A DNA stretch of 38,011 bases from a virus: the IMG/VR virus record IMGVR_UViG_3300042806_000370; one strand, given 5' to 3'. Numbering within the stretch: the first letter of the stretch is position 1; the number at the start of each line of letters is the position of its first letter. This document shows positions 16,325 through 25,598 of the stretch, piece after piece. The translations under genes and the position numbers were made by a program. The notes beneath the pieces are model-generated. The model made no database searches and was not told where the DNA came from. It worked only from the letters and a program-made list of their open reading frames with translations.

Positions 16325-17644
16325 TTATGGTTGTCCTGGATTTATGGTTCCATCATGTGGTGCTGGCTGACCACTTAACGAATCTATAATTGAATCTACC
16401 CAAGCTATTATTTGGTCCCATATTTGGCCAATAGCAACTCCAGCGGTAATCAATGCCGAAATAGCAGCGACAATAGCCGCATATCTTCCTGCCATTCCAC
16501 CACCCGCATTATTGTATGCATCAGTTGCAGCTTGAGCTGCTGCATTTTGTTGAGACAAAGAAAGAACTATTGGTGGTTTTGGGTTAATAGGATTTGAGGG
16601 GCGAGGCGGTCTAAAATTTGGACTTAAAAAGGGATTGGGACCCAAAGGATAAGTAAAAGGATCTGGAGCGGGTCTAGGAATAAGTATATCCAGTAATGAT
16701 TCTCCGTTATTTTCAGGGTCATAAACAATTACTGTACCGGGATTTGTATCTACGGACAAAGTTGGTGTAGTATCATATCCTCCAGGTAAAGAAAGAATAT
16801 TTTGCAAACCAGGAACAAGATTTACATATCCTTGCCAATTGCTATAAAGAGACATCATAAAATCATTCAACATAGAAAATCCTTGAACATTCATTGGGAT
16901 TGTTCCGTTTATAACAGCATCTAAAATAATTTGTATTTGATCATAAAATATTCTATTAACGTTATCAATGCTATTTCCTGCAAGTTGATCTACGATATTC
17001 AATATTCTATTTCTTGATGTCTCATTTAATCCAGCAAATAATTGACTATATTCTGGCATATTTTGCCAATTTGGAGGAAGATTAGCAAAATTTATGACAT
17101 TTCCATTAGAATCTCTTAAGTTATCTAAAATCCATCTTATATGGTAATCATATTCTATAATGTCCAATAACATATCTGAAAGTGGAACATCCTCCATACC
17201 AGCAATATCTGCAACTAAATTTCCTAAAGTTTGGAATAGAGCATAAACATTGTTTGCTCCATAACCAATTAGTAGTTGTTCCCATCTTGCTCTAGTAGCA
17301 GGATCCATGTTTAGTAACATATCTCTCAGCATGTCTGCTAAATCTGGATCTCCAATTTCCAAATTATTGAAAAATTGGGTAAAACCTGGACTAAAAATTG
17401 GGTTGTCAAAAGGACTATTATTGGGGGTTAGCCTAGAATCTCTAAAAATATCATCAAAATCTGGATTTTCTATTGGACCAATATCATCTGAAGGACCTTG
17501 CAACATTGCAAGCGGAACTGCTTTTTCGTAAATTGCTCTAGGTCTTAATTTTGAATTTAATCTTAAAGAATTAATAAAGGCAATATTTTCTTGATTTCCT
17601 TTTTGTTGCTCTATTAAAAACTTTAAATATAATTTGTGATTCAT
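16325..17644 (-). CDS. Leader-bearing protein with C-terminal hydrophobic helical hairpin (439 aa)
   Basis: N-terminus paralogous to the 17663 gene. Confidence 0.85.
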   Translation of the reverse strand: MNHKLYLKFLIEQQKGNQENIAFINSLRLNSKLRPRAIYEKAVPLAMLQGPSDDIGPIENPDFDDIFRDSRLTPNNSPFDNPIFSPGFTQFFNNLEIGDPDLADMLRDMLLNMDPATRARWEQLLIGYGANNVYALFQTLGNLVADIAGMEDVPLSDMLLDIIEYDYHIRWILDNLRDSNGNVINFANLPPNWQNMPEYSQLFAGLNETSRNRILNIVDQLAGNSIDNVNRIFYDQIQIILDAVINGTIPMNVQGFSMLNDFMMSLYSNWQGYVNLVPGLQNILSLPGGYDTTPTLSVDTNPGTVIVYDPENNGESLLDILIPRPAPDPFTYPLGPNPFLSPNFRPPRPSNPINPKPPIVLSLSQQNAAAQAATDAYNNAGGGMAGRYAAIVAAISALITAGVAIGQIWDQIIAWVDSIIDSLSGQPAPHDGTINPGQP

Positions 17645-17662
17645 TTTTTTATTCCTAATTTA

Positions 17663-18826
17663 TTAATATCCAGGGAACCAACCACCAAGATCCAATCTAC
17701 CAGATTCTTGTGATGTTGATGGCGGTGGCACTCCGGGTATTCCTCCAGGAATCACCGAAGGTGTTGGTGCTAGTGATTCTGGAGAATCAACTTGAGGAAC
17801 TGGCTGTCTAATGAAATTCCATATGTCTTTATGGCTAATAGGTGGTGGAGTAGAAGAATCCCAATTTGGATCTTGCAATATGTTGTAAATATGCCACCAA
17901 GAAGCAATTATACTTAGGATTGAACCAACTGCCAGTCCAGCGATAGCAAGACTTCTTACCAAAGCTCCCATAGTAACTCCATTTACTGCTCCACCACTAA
18001 ACAAAGAACTTATAGACTGACCATTGGCTATAGCAGTAGCTATTTGTCTGACATTATTCCATGCTGCAAAACCGACATTACTTGGACCTGGCTGGAAAAC
18101 AGTAAGTATTTGCCCTAGAGTAGTAGTTGCTCCCGGGCCAACCAATGCAGGACCTAAATTATTGGCTATGATGAATGCTGCTATGTCAGCACCAAAAAAA
18201 CCAACAATTAAACTAGCAATACCAGCAATTGCTTGTCCTCCAGCTCCAGGAATAATGCCAGGTACATTTCCAACAATCCACAAAGCAACAGCATCTTCTA
18301 ATTTACTTAGGAAATCCCACCAAGGCCACTCCGGTAATCCTTGTTGGCTAAAATATTCTGACCATTCATCCATAGGTTGTGGTGATTGTTGTCCTCCTCC
18401 TCCTCCTCCTACTTGTTCTATCGGACTATCTCCGCCGAAAGAAAAATATGTTACCCCGTTAATGGTAATAATCCAAATACCAGATTCTGAATTCCACTGC
18501 CAATGGTTATCATTTACATTACCATTATATTGCCAATATCCTCCAGTTGAAGAACTATTATTAGTAACCCAAGTCCAATTAGTCAAATCTCCTGGGGGAG
18601 GTTGAGATTGTCTTGATCCTGGTTGTGGATCTCCTTGCGTTAAACTCCAGTACGATGGACCTACTACCGAATATCTTGAATCACCATATCCACCCTCATC
18701 TTGTGATTCTAAAATATTAATTGGTCTTAAATTACTATTTTTTCTAATTGAATTCTGAAAGGAAATAAACTGCTGATTTCCTTTTTGTATGTTATTCAAA
18801 TAAGATAATAGTAATTTAGTGTTCAT
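17663..18826 (-). CDS. Leader-bearing G/W-rich protein with hydrophobic helices (387 aa)
   Basis: QKGNQ..I.F.NS.R.NS.LRP..I.E leader shared with the 16325 gene. Confidence 0.85.
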   Translation of the reverse strand: MNTKLLLSYLNNIQKGNQQFISFQNSIRKNSNLRPINILESQDEGGYGDSRYSVVGPSYWSLTQGDPQPGSRQSQPPPGDLTNWTWVTNNSSSTGGYWQYNGNVNDNHWQWNSESGIWIITINGVTYFSFGGDSPIEQVGGGGGGQQSPQPMDEWSEYFSQQGLPEWPWWDFLSKLEDAVALWIVGNVPGIIPGAGGQAIAGIASLIVGFFGADIAAFIIANNLGPALVGPGATTTLGQILTVFQPGPSNVGFAAWNNVRQIATAIANGQSISSLFSGGAVNGVTMGALVRSLAIAGLAVGSILSIIASWWHIYNILQDPNWDSSTPPPISHKDIWNFIRQPVPQVDSPESLAPTPSVIPGGIPGVPPPSTSQESGRLDLGGWFPGY

Positions 18827-18834
18827 TTAAGAAT

Positions 18835-19914
18835 TTATGGATTCGTTGTGTTACTTGGATTTGACCATTGGAATCCACCAGGACCAAGTTCAAAATCGTA
18901 TTCTCCACTAACAACATTTCCAAGGAATTCTTCGACCCAATTCCAAATACCTTCAACTGTAATTGTTCCACCTCCAAAAAGACTAGCCGCTGCAACTAAA
19001 ACACTAGAAATAGCAGCAGTTCTACCAGAAACATTTGGTCCCATTTGCATTATTCTCTTAATTTCATCTATTATATTAGTGGCTGCTTGTCTTTGTTCTG
19101 GGGTGCTATTTGGATTATCTCTAATTTCTATAGCTCTTCTTTCCAATTCCTCTGCTTCTCTTTTACCAAAAAGTAAAGCTCTGTCCGCAAAAAGATCACC
19201 ACTCAAACCATTAGCAAATAAAGTTAACTGACCAATAATTCTAGTATGCGCTCTAGAACTAATCGTGTAATTATTAGTCAAACTTCTTATTAGTTGATCA
19301 TACCTTTTTTGTGACATACTAAAAAGCTGCGGTGAAGTAAATCTGTTCAACTGGATCATATTAATCATTCTTGCTAACATATCCCGGTATGATCTCAAAA
19401 GATCATTCAATCTGTTCATTTGGCCACTTTCGACGATTGCTCTTACATTGTCGGCAGTAACATCAATCTCTGTTATATCATCATGTAGTAGATGATGTAA
19501 AAGCATTCCCATTTCTGAAGTATTCATATTGCTAAGAATATCCGACATTTCTCTCCAAATAGAAACTAAAGATTGATTGAATGCTTCTCTTTGATCTGGA
19601 GTTAATAATTCCCAAGCCTGAATCAAATCATATCTTATTTGTGGGTCAAACCGCATAAACCAAGTTTGAAAGTCTTGCAAATTATTAAAATGTCTCATAA
19701 ATTCTGAGAAAATTGGATCAAATTGCCTAGGAGCAGGAGATCTCTCTGGATTAACATACCTAGATCCGCGCATGGTTTCATCTGGAGAAGGAGTTTCATC
19801 CGCTACGGGTGCAGCTTCAACTAAAAAATGCAATTTACGATGTAGTAAATTATTTTCATTAATTAATTGCTGTAATTGTTTTCTTAGATATAAAGCTTCT
19901 GTAAAATGACTCAT
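18835..19914 (-). CDS. MSxFT coiled-coil-leader protein with hydrophobic C-terminal hairpin (359 aa)
   Basis: Leader ends HFLVE-A; GRTAAISSVLVAAASLFG. Confidence 0.85.
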   Translation of the reverse strand: MSHFTEALYLRKQLQQLINENNLLHRKLHFLVEAAPVADETPSPDETMRGSRYVNPERSPAPRQFDPIFSEFMRHFNNLQDFQTWFMRFDPQIRYDLIQAWELLTPDQREAFNQSLVSIWREMSDILSNMNTSEMGMLLHHLLHDDITEIDVTADNVRAIVESGQMNRLNDLLRSYRDMLARMINMIQLNRFTSPQLFSMSQKRYDQLIRSLTNNYTISSRAHTRIIGQLTLFANGLSGDLFADRALLFGKREAEELERRAIEIRDNPNSTPEQRQAATNIIDEIKRIMQMGPNVSGRTAAISSVLVAAASLFGGGTITVEGIWNWVEEFLGNVVSGEYDFELGPGGFQWSNPSNTTNP

Positions 19915-19917
19915 ATT

Positions 19918-20964
19918 TTATCCTTTTCTCTTCTTGAAGAATGGCATTTTTCCTTTTGGTGAAGGTAGTCCCATTGGAGGTTTTCCGCCCATTCCAGGCA
20001 TTCCAGGCATTCCGCCACCCATTCCTGGCATAGCTGCTGGTGAAGGTAGTCCCATTGGGGGTAGGCCACTTCCCATTCCTGGAGGCATTCCGCCACCCAT
20101 TCCTGGCATTCCTGGCATTCCCCCACCACCACCCATTCCACCCATCATAGCAGCAAATGGATTTGCTCCACCGCCCATTCCGCCCATACCGGGCATTCCT
20201 GCTGGTGCTTGCATTCCAATATCTTGTTTTGGTGGTTCAATTACTTGTCCGCTCTTTTTCTGCCAAGGACCAGCTGTTTTTGGAATCATTCCAGTTCCTG
20301 GGAATTTTGGAGTTTGTGGGGCTGGTTGCATTCCACCCATTCCGCCCATACCGGGCATTCCGCCCATTCCACCCATTCCGCCCATACCGGGCATACCGGG
20401 CATTCCTGGCATTTTACCCATTCCACCCATTCCAGGCATTCCACCCATACCGGGCATTCCTGGCATTCCACCTTGTTGTGGTTGGGGTGCTGGCTGTTGA
20501 GATGTTCTAAATGTAGATGGAACACCTGGTTGTAATGAAGGATCTGGTTTAGGTGTTGGTGAAGTACCCATCATTGCTTGTTGAATATTTTGTCCTGGAG
20601 TCTGAGGAGATTGTGGCATCCCGCCCATTCCACCCATACCGGGCATTCCACCCATTCCACCGCCCATAAGAGCAGCAAGAGGATTTGCTCCACCACCCAT
20701 ACCCGGCATAGCTGTTGGTGAAGGTAGTCCCATTGGGGGTAGGCCACTTCCCATTCCTGGAGGCATTCCTGGCATTCCGCCCATTCCACCCATACCGGGA
20801 ATTCCGGGAGGCATTGCACCAGGTGAACCACCCTTACCCATTCCACCCATCATCTTTGCTAACATGGATGGATCTGCGGGAGGAATTCCTTTTTTTGGTT
20901 TTTTTGTTTGTTCGTGAATCTTGTAATATGATTCGGTTAGTAATTTTGCCCAGTTATTTTGCAT
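19918..20964 (-). CDS. Gly-Met-Pro low-complexity protein (348 aa)
   Basis: GMPGMGG repeats; TATAAATA just upstream of ATG. Confidence 0.8.
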   Translation of the reverse strand: MQNNWAKLLTESYYKIHEQTKKPKKGIPPADPSMLAKMMGGMGKGGSPGAMPPGIPGMGGMGGMPGMPPGMGSGLPPMGLPSPTAMPGMGGGANPLAALMGGGMGGMPGMGGMGGMPQSPQTPGQNIQQAMMGTSPTPKPDPSLQPGVPSTFRTSQQPAPQPQQGGMPGMPGMGGMPGMGGMGKMPGMPGMPGMGGMGGMGGMPGMGGMGGMQPAPQTPKFPGTGMIPKTAGPWQKKSGQVIEPPKQDIGMQAPAGMPGMGGMGGGANPFAAMMGGMGGGGGMPGMPGMGGGMPPGMGSGLPPMGLPSPAAMPGMGGGMPGMPGMGGKPPMGLPSPKGKMPFFKKRKG

Positions 20965-20983
20965 ACTTTATTTATAGTTTTTT

Positions 20984-21646
20984 TTACACAGTGTTTTGTT
21001 CCCACCATAATTGCGCTCCATACATGCAGAACAAGATTGTCAAATATCTCGTCAATTCATGACCGTAAGGAACACCTTCTGGATTACCACCATCATTTTG
21101 TGCCATTAACTGTAAAAAATAACTATAAGCTTGCGGATTACTAATTGCAAATTGTTGTTGCATTTCTACAAGATTTGCAAACAAAGCCCCTAGAGCTGTA
21201 GATTGTGTTTGATTACTCATTGATGATGTCATAACATTTCCATACTGCTGATACCAGCCATAAATTTCATTAAGAAATGTTATTGTTTCTTGGCCTATTC
21301 CTTGATTTTCTAAATATGCAATTAAACTTGGTATGTCACCAATATACTGATCTACCAATCCAATCAATCTATTAAAATTTTCAACACTCCATTGACCATT
21401 AGGAAATAAATCAAATTGTGATGAATTAGGAATCATATCAGAAAAATTTGGTGATGTGTCTGCTGGTTTATCCCATCTCCAATTTAAATACTGTCCATTC
21501 GGGCCTATAATAATTCCTGGATTAGCTAAAATTTCATCAGGTGAATCTCTCATCAATGGAGATGTATCTCTTGGTGGAGCAGATTCAAATAGTTTTTTCT
21601 TATATTTTTCAACAAGTATTCTGTATGATTTATTTAATTCTAGCAT
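20984..21646 (-). CDS. Late hypothetical protein (leader ends KLFE-S)
   Basis: CATAAATA upstream. Confidence 0.8.
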   Translation of the reverse strand: MLELNKSYRILVEKYKKKLFESAPPRDTSPLMRDSPDEILANPGIIIGPNGQYLNWRWDKPADTSPNFSDMIPNSSQFDLFPNGQWSVENFNRLIGLVDQYIGDIPSLIAYLENQGIGQETITFLNEIYGWYQQYGNVMTSSMSNQTQSTALGALFANLVEMQQQFAISNPQAYSYFLQLMAQNDGGNPEGVPYGHELTRYLTILFCMYGAQLWWEQNTV

Positions 21647-21654
21647 GTTAATAT

Positions 21655-22506
21655 TTATGGTTCTTGTGAATCTGGAATTCCATTTCCATCTAAATCATGA
21701 TCCTCTGGTGGTGGTTGTCTTGGCCAAGTTAATAGAGGGTTTGCTAAATTTTCTAAAGGAAAATCAAATATAGTTCCTGGAATAGGGGCTAGCCAAGTTC
21801 TTGCTGTTTGTTTCAATAAATCTTTAAGTTCTTTCAACCACTGTGGTAAGGAAATATTATTAGAAACGTAATATGATAGAACTTCAAGCATATGGTTATT
21901 TACAAAAGATAAAATATATTGTCTAATATTAGAATTAGGTCCAACAGTTTGCCAAACTCCTGGTTGGATTTGGCCAGAAAATATAAATCCTGGACTGTTA
22001 TCAGAATAATTTGGTAATCTTCCAACAATTTCTAATAAAATTCTAAAAACATCATCATTAGAAAGAGTCATTTCGTGCTGTGTTCCAGGAAAAACAGTAT
22101 TATATGGAAATGTGCTAGATGTGCTTTCTCTAAAAAGAATTGTTCTTAATTGGTCTATGGAAACACCACTGTTAATTATACTTGGAGGAAAATTAAAATT
22201 ATTAACCAAATAATTTAAAAAACTTGGAGATACTATTACCATATTCATTAAGCCTAAATTTAAAAATATAGAAAAAAGTATATCAACCAAATCGCTAGTT
22301 ACTATATCATAATCAAAAGGATCAGAGCCATCATCTGGTCTTTCAACTCTTCCAGTGGCAGAATTTCTTATTATATCAATGAAAGATTGTGGTCCCCCTA
22401 AACCATAAATTGGAGTTTCTGGGACATCTGAAACTTGAGGTGTTAAAGTTTCTTTTGCTTCATTTATTTTTATTCTTTGCCTCAAAGATTTTATAAATTC
22501 TTTCAT
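21655..22506 (-). CDS. Late hypothetical protein (MKEFIKSLRQRIKINE-A) with terminal DLDGNGIPD
   Basis: AATAAATA upstream of ATG 22506. Confidence 0.8.
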   Translation of the reverse strand: MKEFIKSLRQRIKINEAKETLTPQVSDVPETPIYGLGGPQSFIDIIRNSATGRVERPDDGSDPFDYDIVTSDLVDILFSIFLNLGLMNMVIVSPSFLNYLVNNFNFPPSIINSGVSIDQLRTILFRESTSSTFPYNTVFPGTQHEMTLSNDDVFRILLEIVGRLPNYSDNSPGFIFSGQIQPGVWQTVGPNSNIRQYILSFVNNHMLEVLSYYVSNNISLPQWLKELKDLLKQTARTWLAPIPGTIFDFPLENLANPLLTWPRQPPPEDHDLDGNGIPDSQEP

Positions 22507-22510
22507 GCAG

Positions 22511-22527
22511 TATTTATTATATAAATA
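22511..22527. promoter_or_regulatory. Back-to-back late promoters
   Basis: AATAAATA (minus) and TATAAATA (plus) between divergent ATGs at 22506 and 22533. Confidence 0.75.
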
Positions 22528-22532
22528 AAGAG

Positions 22533-23219
22533 ATGAAATCATTCAAGAAATTTTTAACTGAAGCTCCCGGAGATCCACCAAAAGGTGGATTGATAGATTC
22601 TGGACTACAAAGTGCTGGTTTCCAGGGATATTCTGATACTCAAACAACCGCAGCAGTTACTCCATCAGTAGCAACTGCTTCAAAATTCTCATCCAATTTA
22701 AATAACCCAACACCATCCATTAACGGATTTGCATTACCAAAAGAAGCAAGTGGTGTTCTTAGTGTTCTGACATTAGGATTAGATCCACTAAATTATAATT
22801 CTGCGGCGCAAATGGCAAATGAGGTTCTATCACGAGATATTATTAATAATAACTCAAGCTACCAAGTCAAGTCTCTCATAAATCCTATGTTTAGATCTCT
22901 ACAGCAGCAGGGCGGAATGTCGCCAGAAGAAGCCCAGCAAGTAGCAGATGCTCTTATTGTTGGTGGATTTAAATTAGATCAAGTTTATGATCAAATGCTC
23001 AAAGTTTACATGGAGCAATTAAAATCTTTAGGAAAACAAGCTTCACCGGGTATGGCTGCTACTTTACTAGGTGCTCAGTCGTATTATGATAGAGCGACAA
23101 GAGAACTAGGAGTCCCACAGAGATATGTTGATCTACAGACAAAACCCATCCCAGGAGATAAGGATATAAAGGATATGGGACTTTATACTCCAGCCCAACA
23201 GGGTATGCCAGGAATGTAA
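22533..23219 (+). CDS. Putative internal head protein with CTS-like leader MKSFKKFLTE
   Basis: Close to T4 CTS MKTYQEFIAE; late promoter. Confidence 0.85.
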   Translation: MKSFKKFLTEAPGDPPKGGLIDSGLQSAGFQGYSDTQTTAAVTPSVATASKFSSNLNNPTPSINGFALPKEASGVLSVLTLGLDPLNYNSAAQMANEVLSRDIINNNSSYQVKSLINPMFRSLQQQGGMSPEEAQQVADALIVGGFKLDQVYDQMLKVYMEQLKSLGKQASPGMAATLLGAQSYYDRATRELGVPQRYVDLQTKPIPGDKDIKDMGLYTPAQQGMPGM

Positions 23220-23237
23220 AAATTTTGACTTCTGGAC

Positions 23238-23267
23238 TTGACATTCGACAATGATGGCTGCTATAAT
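23238..23267 (+). promoter_or_regulatory. sigma70 promoter
   Basis: TTGACA-N18-TATAAT with TG extension. Confidence 0.85.
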
Positions 23268-23273
23268 GGGTGA

Positions 23274-23495
23274 ATGCACAACATCCCCTTTGCTATGCGT
23301 ATTCGCGGCACTATTGAATCCCTCAAGGAAGAGATGGCCCAGAACTTTGGGACTGATGAGTATGTCGATTGGACAACCCTCATTGAATCCCTTGAAAAGA
23401 CTCTGGCAGAAATGTCAGATGAAGAACTTAATGAAGTCATGGATGTCCCTGACTTTGCCGAAGACATGGACAATGACGAACTGGAGATCTGGTGA
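23274..23495 (+). CDS. Acidic 73-aa protein, probably leaderless
   Basis: ATG 7 nt after -10; D/E-rich. Confidence 0.75.
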   Translation: MHNIPFAMRIRGTIESLKEEMAQNFGTDEYVDWTTLIESLEKTLAEMSDEELNEVMDVPDFAEDMDNDELEIW

Positions 23496-23496
23496 T

Positions 23497-23604
23497 ATGG
23501 TAGATCACATCGACTATCTGTATTGGTTGGAACTCAGTTGGGATATGAATCAGGATATGGGATCGAACGAACCACAAGAGGAGAGCAATGTTCAAGAAAA
23601 GTGA
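23497..23604 (+). CDS. Small acidic peptide (35 aa)
   Basis: GGAG upstream; fills the operon gap. Confidence 0.4.
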   Translation: MVDHIDYLYWLELSWDMNQDMGSNEPQEESNVQEK

Positions 23605-23749
23605 TTTTAGGGGTTCCCGTGGGGAACAGCGTAACAAGAAGCGTAAGAAGTGGGACCACAAGCCTTTCAAGCGTCCCAAGGATGACAAGGGTAGCAATCA
23701 ACGCTTCGACTGGAACAACCAGAACAATCAAAACGAAGGATTCAACTAA
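23588..23749 (+). CDS. Small basic protein (53 aa, MFKKSDFRGS...; not in track)
   Basis: GAGGAG SD; K/R-rich. Confidence 0.55.
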   Translation: MFKKSDFRGSRGEQRNKKRKKWDHKPFKRPKDDKGSNQRFDWNNQNNQNEGFN

Positions 23750-24359
23750 ACGCTCTGTTTAGTTCTTCCTTTACTGGCTTGGGAACTACTAGGTGACTCT
23801 TCACCTTGAAGTTCCCTGCTAGCATGTTGAGAAGCTTGGCTGATTTGTAAACATCAAATTTAGTTTTGAGGCAATGTGAATTCATCCACATGTGATGAAG
23901 ATACACATAAAGATTTGCCTTCTTGATGTAAACATCTTTGTTGAATGGAATATCCCACTTCTCAAGAAGTTTTACAGTTCTTCTCTCGCAGTCTCTTTCG
24001 TTGTGCGCTACAAGAAGAAATGCGTTTCTGATTTGTCTCTTTGTCCATTTTTTATTGATGACTCCAACAGAAACATTGTTTACAATATCCTGGGAAATAT
24101 CAAATTTGTTTGAGTACCAAGATGGATATTCCAGCCATTGTAGAAAGTGGCAATATTCATGGGCAAGAACATAAAGCCAAGTTTGGCTCTTTCTCGCAAC
24201 AACAATACGCCTTTCTTTTTTAGTTTTACCATAATTAAAATAACCTTCACACCTTGCCCCACCGACATTTACTCTTCTACCTTTTCCGAAGACTAGGCTA
24301 AAGCCATATTCCTCAAGATGTTTGCGAATGTGCTTGACAAATTCGGTTTCTTTTGTCAT
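23742..24359 (-). CDS. HExxH zinc metallopeptidase-like protein
   Basis: LAHEYCH plus downstream NERDC; GGAGG SD. Confidence 0.75.
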   Translation of the reverse strand: MTKETEFVKHIRKHLEEYGFSLVFGKGRRVNVGGARCEGYFNYGKTKKERRIVVARKSQTWLYVLAHEYCHFLQWLEYPSWYSNKFDISQDIVNNVSVGVINKKWTKRQIRNAFLLVAHNERDCERRTVKLLEKWDIPFNKDVYIKKANLYVYLHHMWMNSHCLKTKFDVYKSAKLLNMLAGNFKVKSHLVVPKPVKEELNRAFS

Positions 24360-24461
24360 AATACACCTCCATATATGTATCTTACCCTACCGGGGAGTAA
24401 AATCAAGAAATTAAAACAAACAAAATTTCAGAAATCAGCCGTAAAAAAGTTCACAACCCAC

Positions 24462-24489
24462 TTGACAACCAAAAATTACAGGATATAAT
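24462..24489 (+). promoter_or_regulatory. sigma70 promoter
   Basis: TTGACA-N16-TATAAT. Confidence 0.75.
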
Positions 24490-24496
24490 CACTCAA

Positions 24497-24592
24497 ATGT
24501 TCGAAGCTTTAACAATTTTCGCAATTCTTGGTGTTGCAATTCTTATTGGAGCGTTTGCAGCAAAGATTTTGACCAACTTCATTAACGACTAA
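24497..24592 (+). CDS. 31-aa single-TM peptide, probably leaderless (not in track)
   Basis: MFEALTIFAILGVAILIGAFAAKILTNFIND; ATG 8 nt after -10. Confidence 0.6.
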   Translation: MFEALTIFAILGVAILIGAFAAKILTNFIND

Positions 24593-24601
24593 GGAAAAAA
24601 A

Positions 24602-24940
24602 ATGAACTACCAAACCATTATTAACGATTCGCAACTTGCAGATTTCAAGACTACTTGTGCTAATGCTTTTTGTGAAATTTCTGGCAAGACCAGTAACATT
24701 CAAACTTGCATGAACAAGGTCGAGTCAATGTTGTTTGAAGAAAATCAACGCAATGTTCAAAATGTTGCTGAAATGATTTTTGATAATCTTTTTGAGTATT
24801 ATGAGTCAGATCTCTTTTCTAAGAGGTATGATGTGTTTGTTGATGATGACATGCCTGATATGACTGACGATCTTTATTCCGAAATGTACGAAGAATATAC
24901 TTCAATTTTGAATAAGGTATATGGATTGAAGATTAGTTGA
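24602..24940 (+). CDS. Acidic hypothetical protein (112 aa)
   Basis: TAAGGA SD. Confidence 0.75.
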   Translation: MNYQTIINDSQLADFKTTCANAFCEISGKTSNIQTCMNKVESMLFEENQRNVQNVAEMIFDNLFEYYESDLFSKRYDVFVDDDMPDMTDDLYSEMYEEYTSILNKVYGLKIS

Positions 24941-24951
24941 TATGATACTAA

Positions 24952-25209
24952 GCCTCCGTAGCTCAGATGGTAGCAGCAGTTGACTTTCGAAGGAAGCCTT
25001 GAGTAGGAATACTCATTGAATCACTCTTCAAATTCGGTGAACCCTTAACTGGCAACGCCGAGCCAAGCGCAGAAATGCGAAGGTGTAGAGACTTGATGGA
25101 GAGCGTCCAGAACGGACGAAGGCAAAGTCCAGACCACGAACCGCAAGGGCGGCGAAAGCCGAAGTGGTAAGTAATCAATCGGTCGTAGGTTCGATCCCTA
25201 CCGGAGGCA
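24952..25209 (+). tRNA. trnK: tRNA-Lys(UUU), exons 24952-24987 and 25172-25209, no encoded CCA
   Basis: Acceptor GCCTCCG/CGGAGGC, T arm GTAGG-TTCGATC-CCTAC; spliced arm GTTGA-CTTTTAA-TCAAT matches the typical bacterial tRNA-Lys arm. Confidence 0.85.
24988..25171 (+). ncRNA. ORF-less group I intron (IC3-like), 184 nt, inserted at 35/36
   Basis: P CAAATTCGGTGAA, Q AACGCCGAGC, R GGTGTAGAGACT, S AAAGTCC; P1 with U.G pair; terminal G. Confidence 0.85.
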
Positions 25210-25212
25210 TTT

Positions 25213-25572
25213 ATGTGCAAGTGCAAGCACTGTTTGAAAAAGATAACAGATCCGGCAAGACCCAATGCGACAATATGTGGGTCTTGTCGCGTTTCTAAAA
25301 GACGATGGAAATCAAAAATTGAATTGATGGAAAAACTTGGAAACAAATGCTCAAAGTGTGGTTTCACTGGCCATCCGGCAGCATTTCATTTTCATCATCA
25401 AAATCCAAAAAATAAAAAGTATGAATTAAATTCAAACAAATTGTTGGTGAAGGATAGAGATAAAGAATTAAAGAAGTGTATTCTTTTATGTGCTAATTGC
25501 CATTCAAAAGAACATTGTAATAATGAACTTCTGAGAACTTTTGGCCTTCTTGACGAAAAACTCCTTGACTAG
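25213..25572 (+). CDS. HNH endonuclease (free-standing, putative homing)
   Basis: CSKCG...FHFHH...KCILLCANCHSKEH. Confidence 0.85.
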   Translation: MCKCKHCLKKITDPARPNATICGSCRVSKRRWKSKIELMEKLGNKCSKCGFTGHPAAFHFHHQNPKNKKYELNSNKLLVKDRDKELKKCILLCANCHSKEHCNNELLRTFGLLDEKLLD

Positions 25573-25598
25573 CCACAGTCTTTTGCTATATTAATACC

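Noticed and set aside
19918-20964. GroEL or DnaK fragment
   Set aside because: Only the low-complexity repeat is similar; there is no chaperone domain.
24952-25209. tRNA-Thr(UGU) reading
   Set aside because: It needs an intron ending in A and loses the P1 U.G pair. The Lys reading gives a terminal G, a valid P1 and a typical tRNA-Lys anticodon arm.
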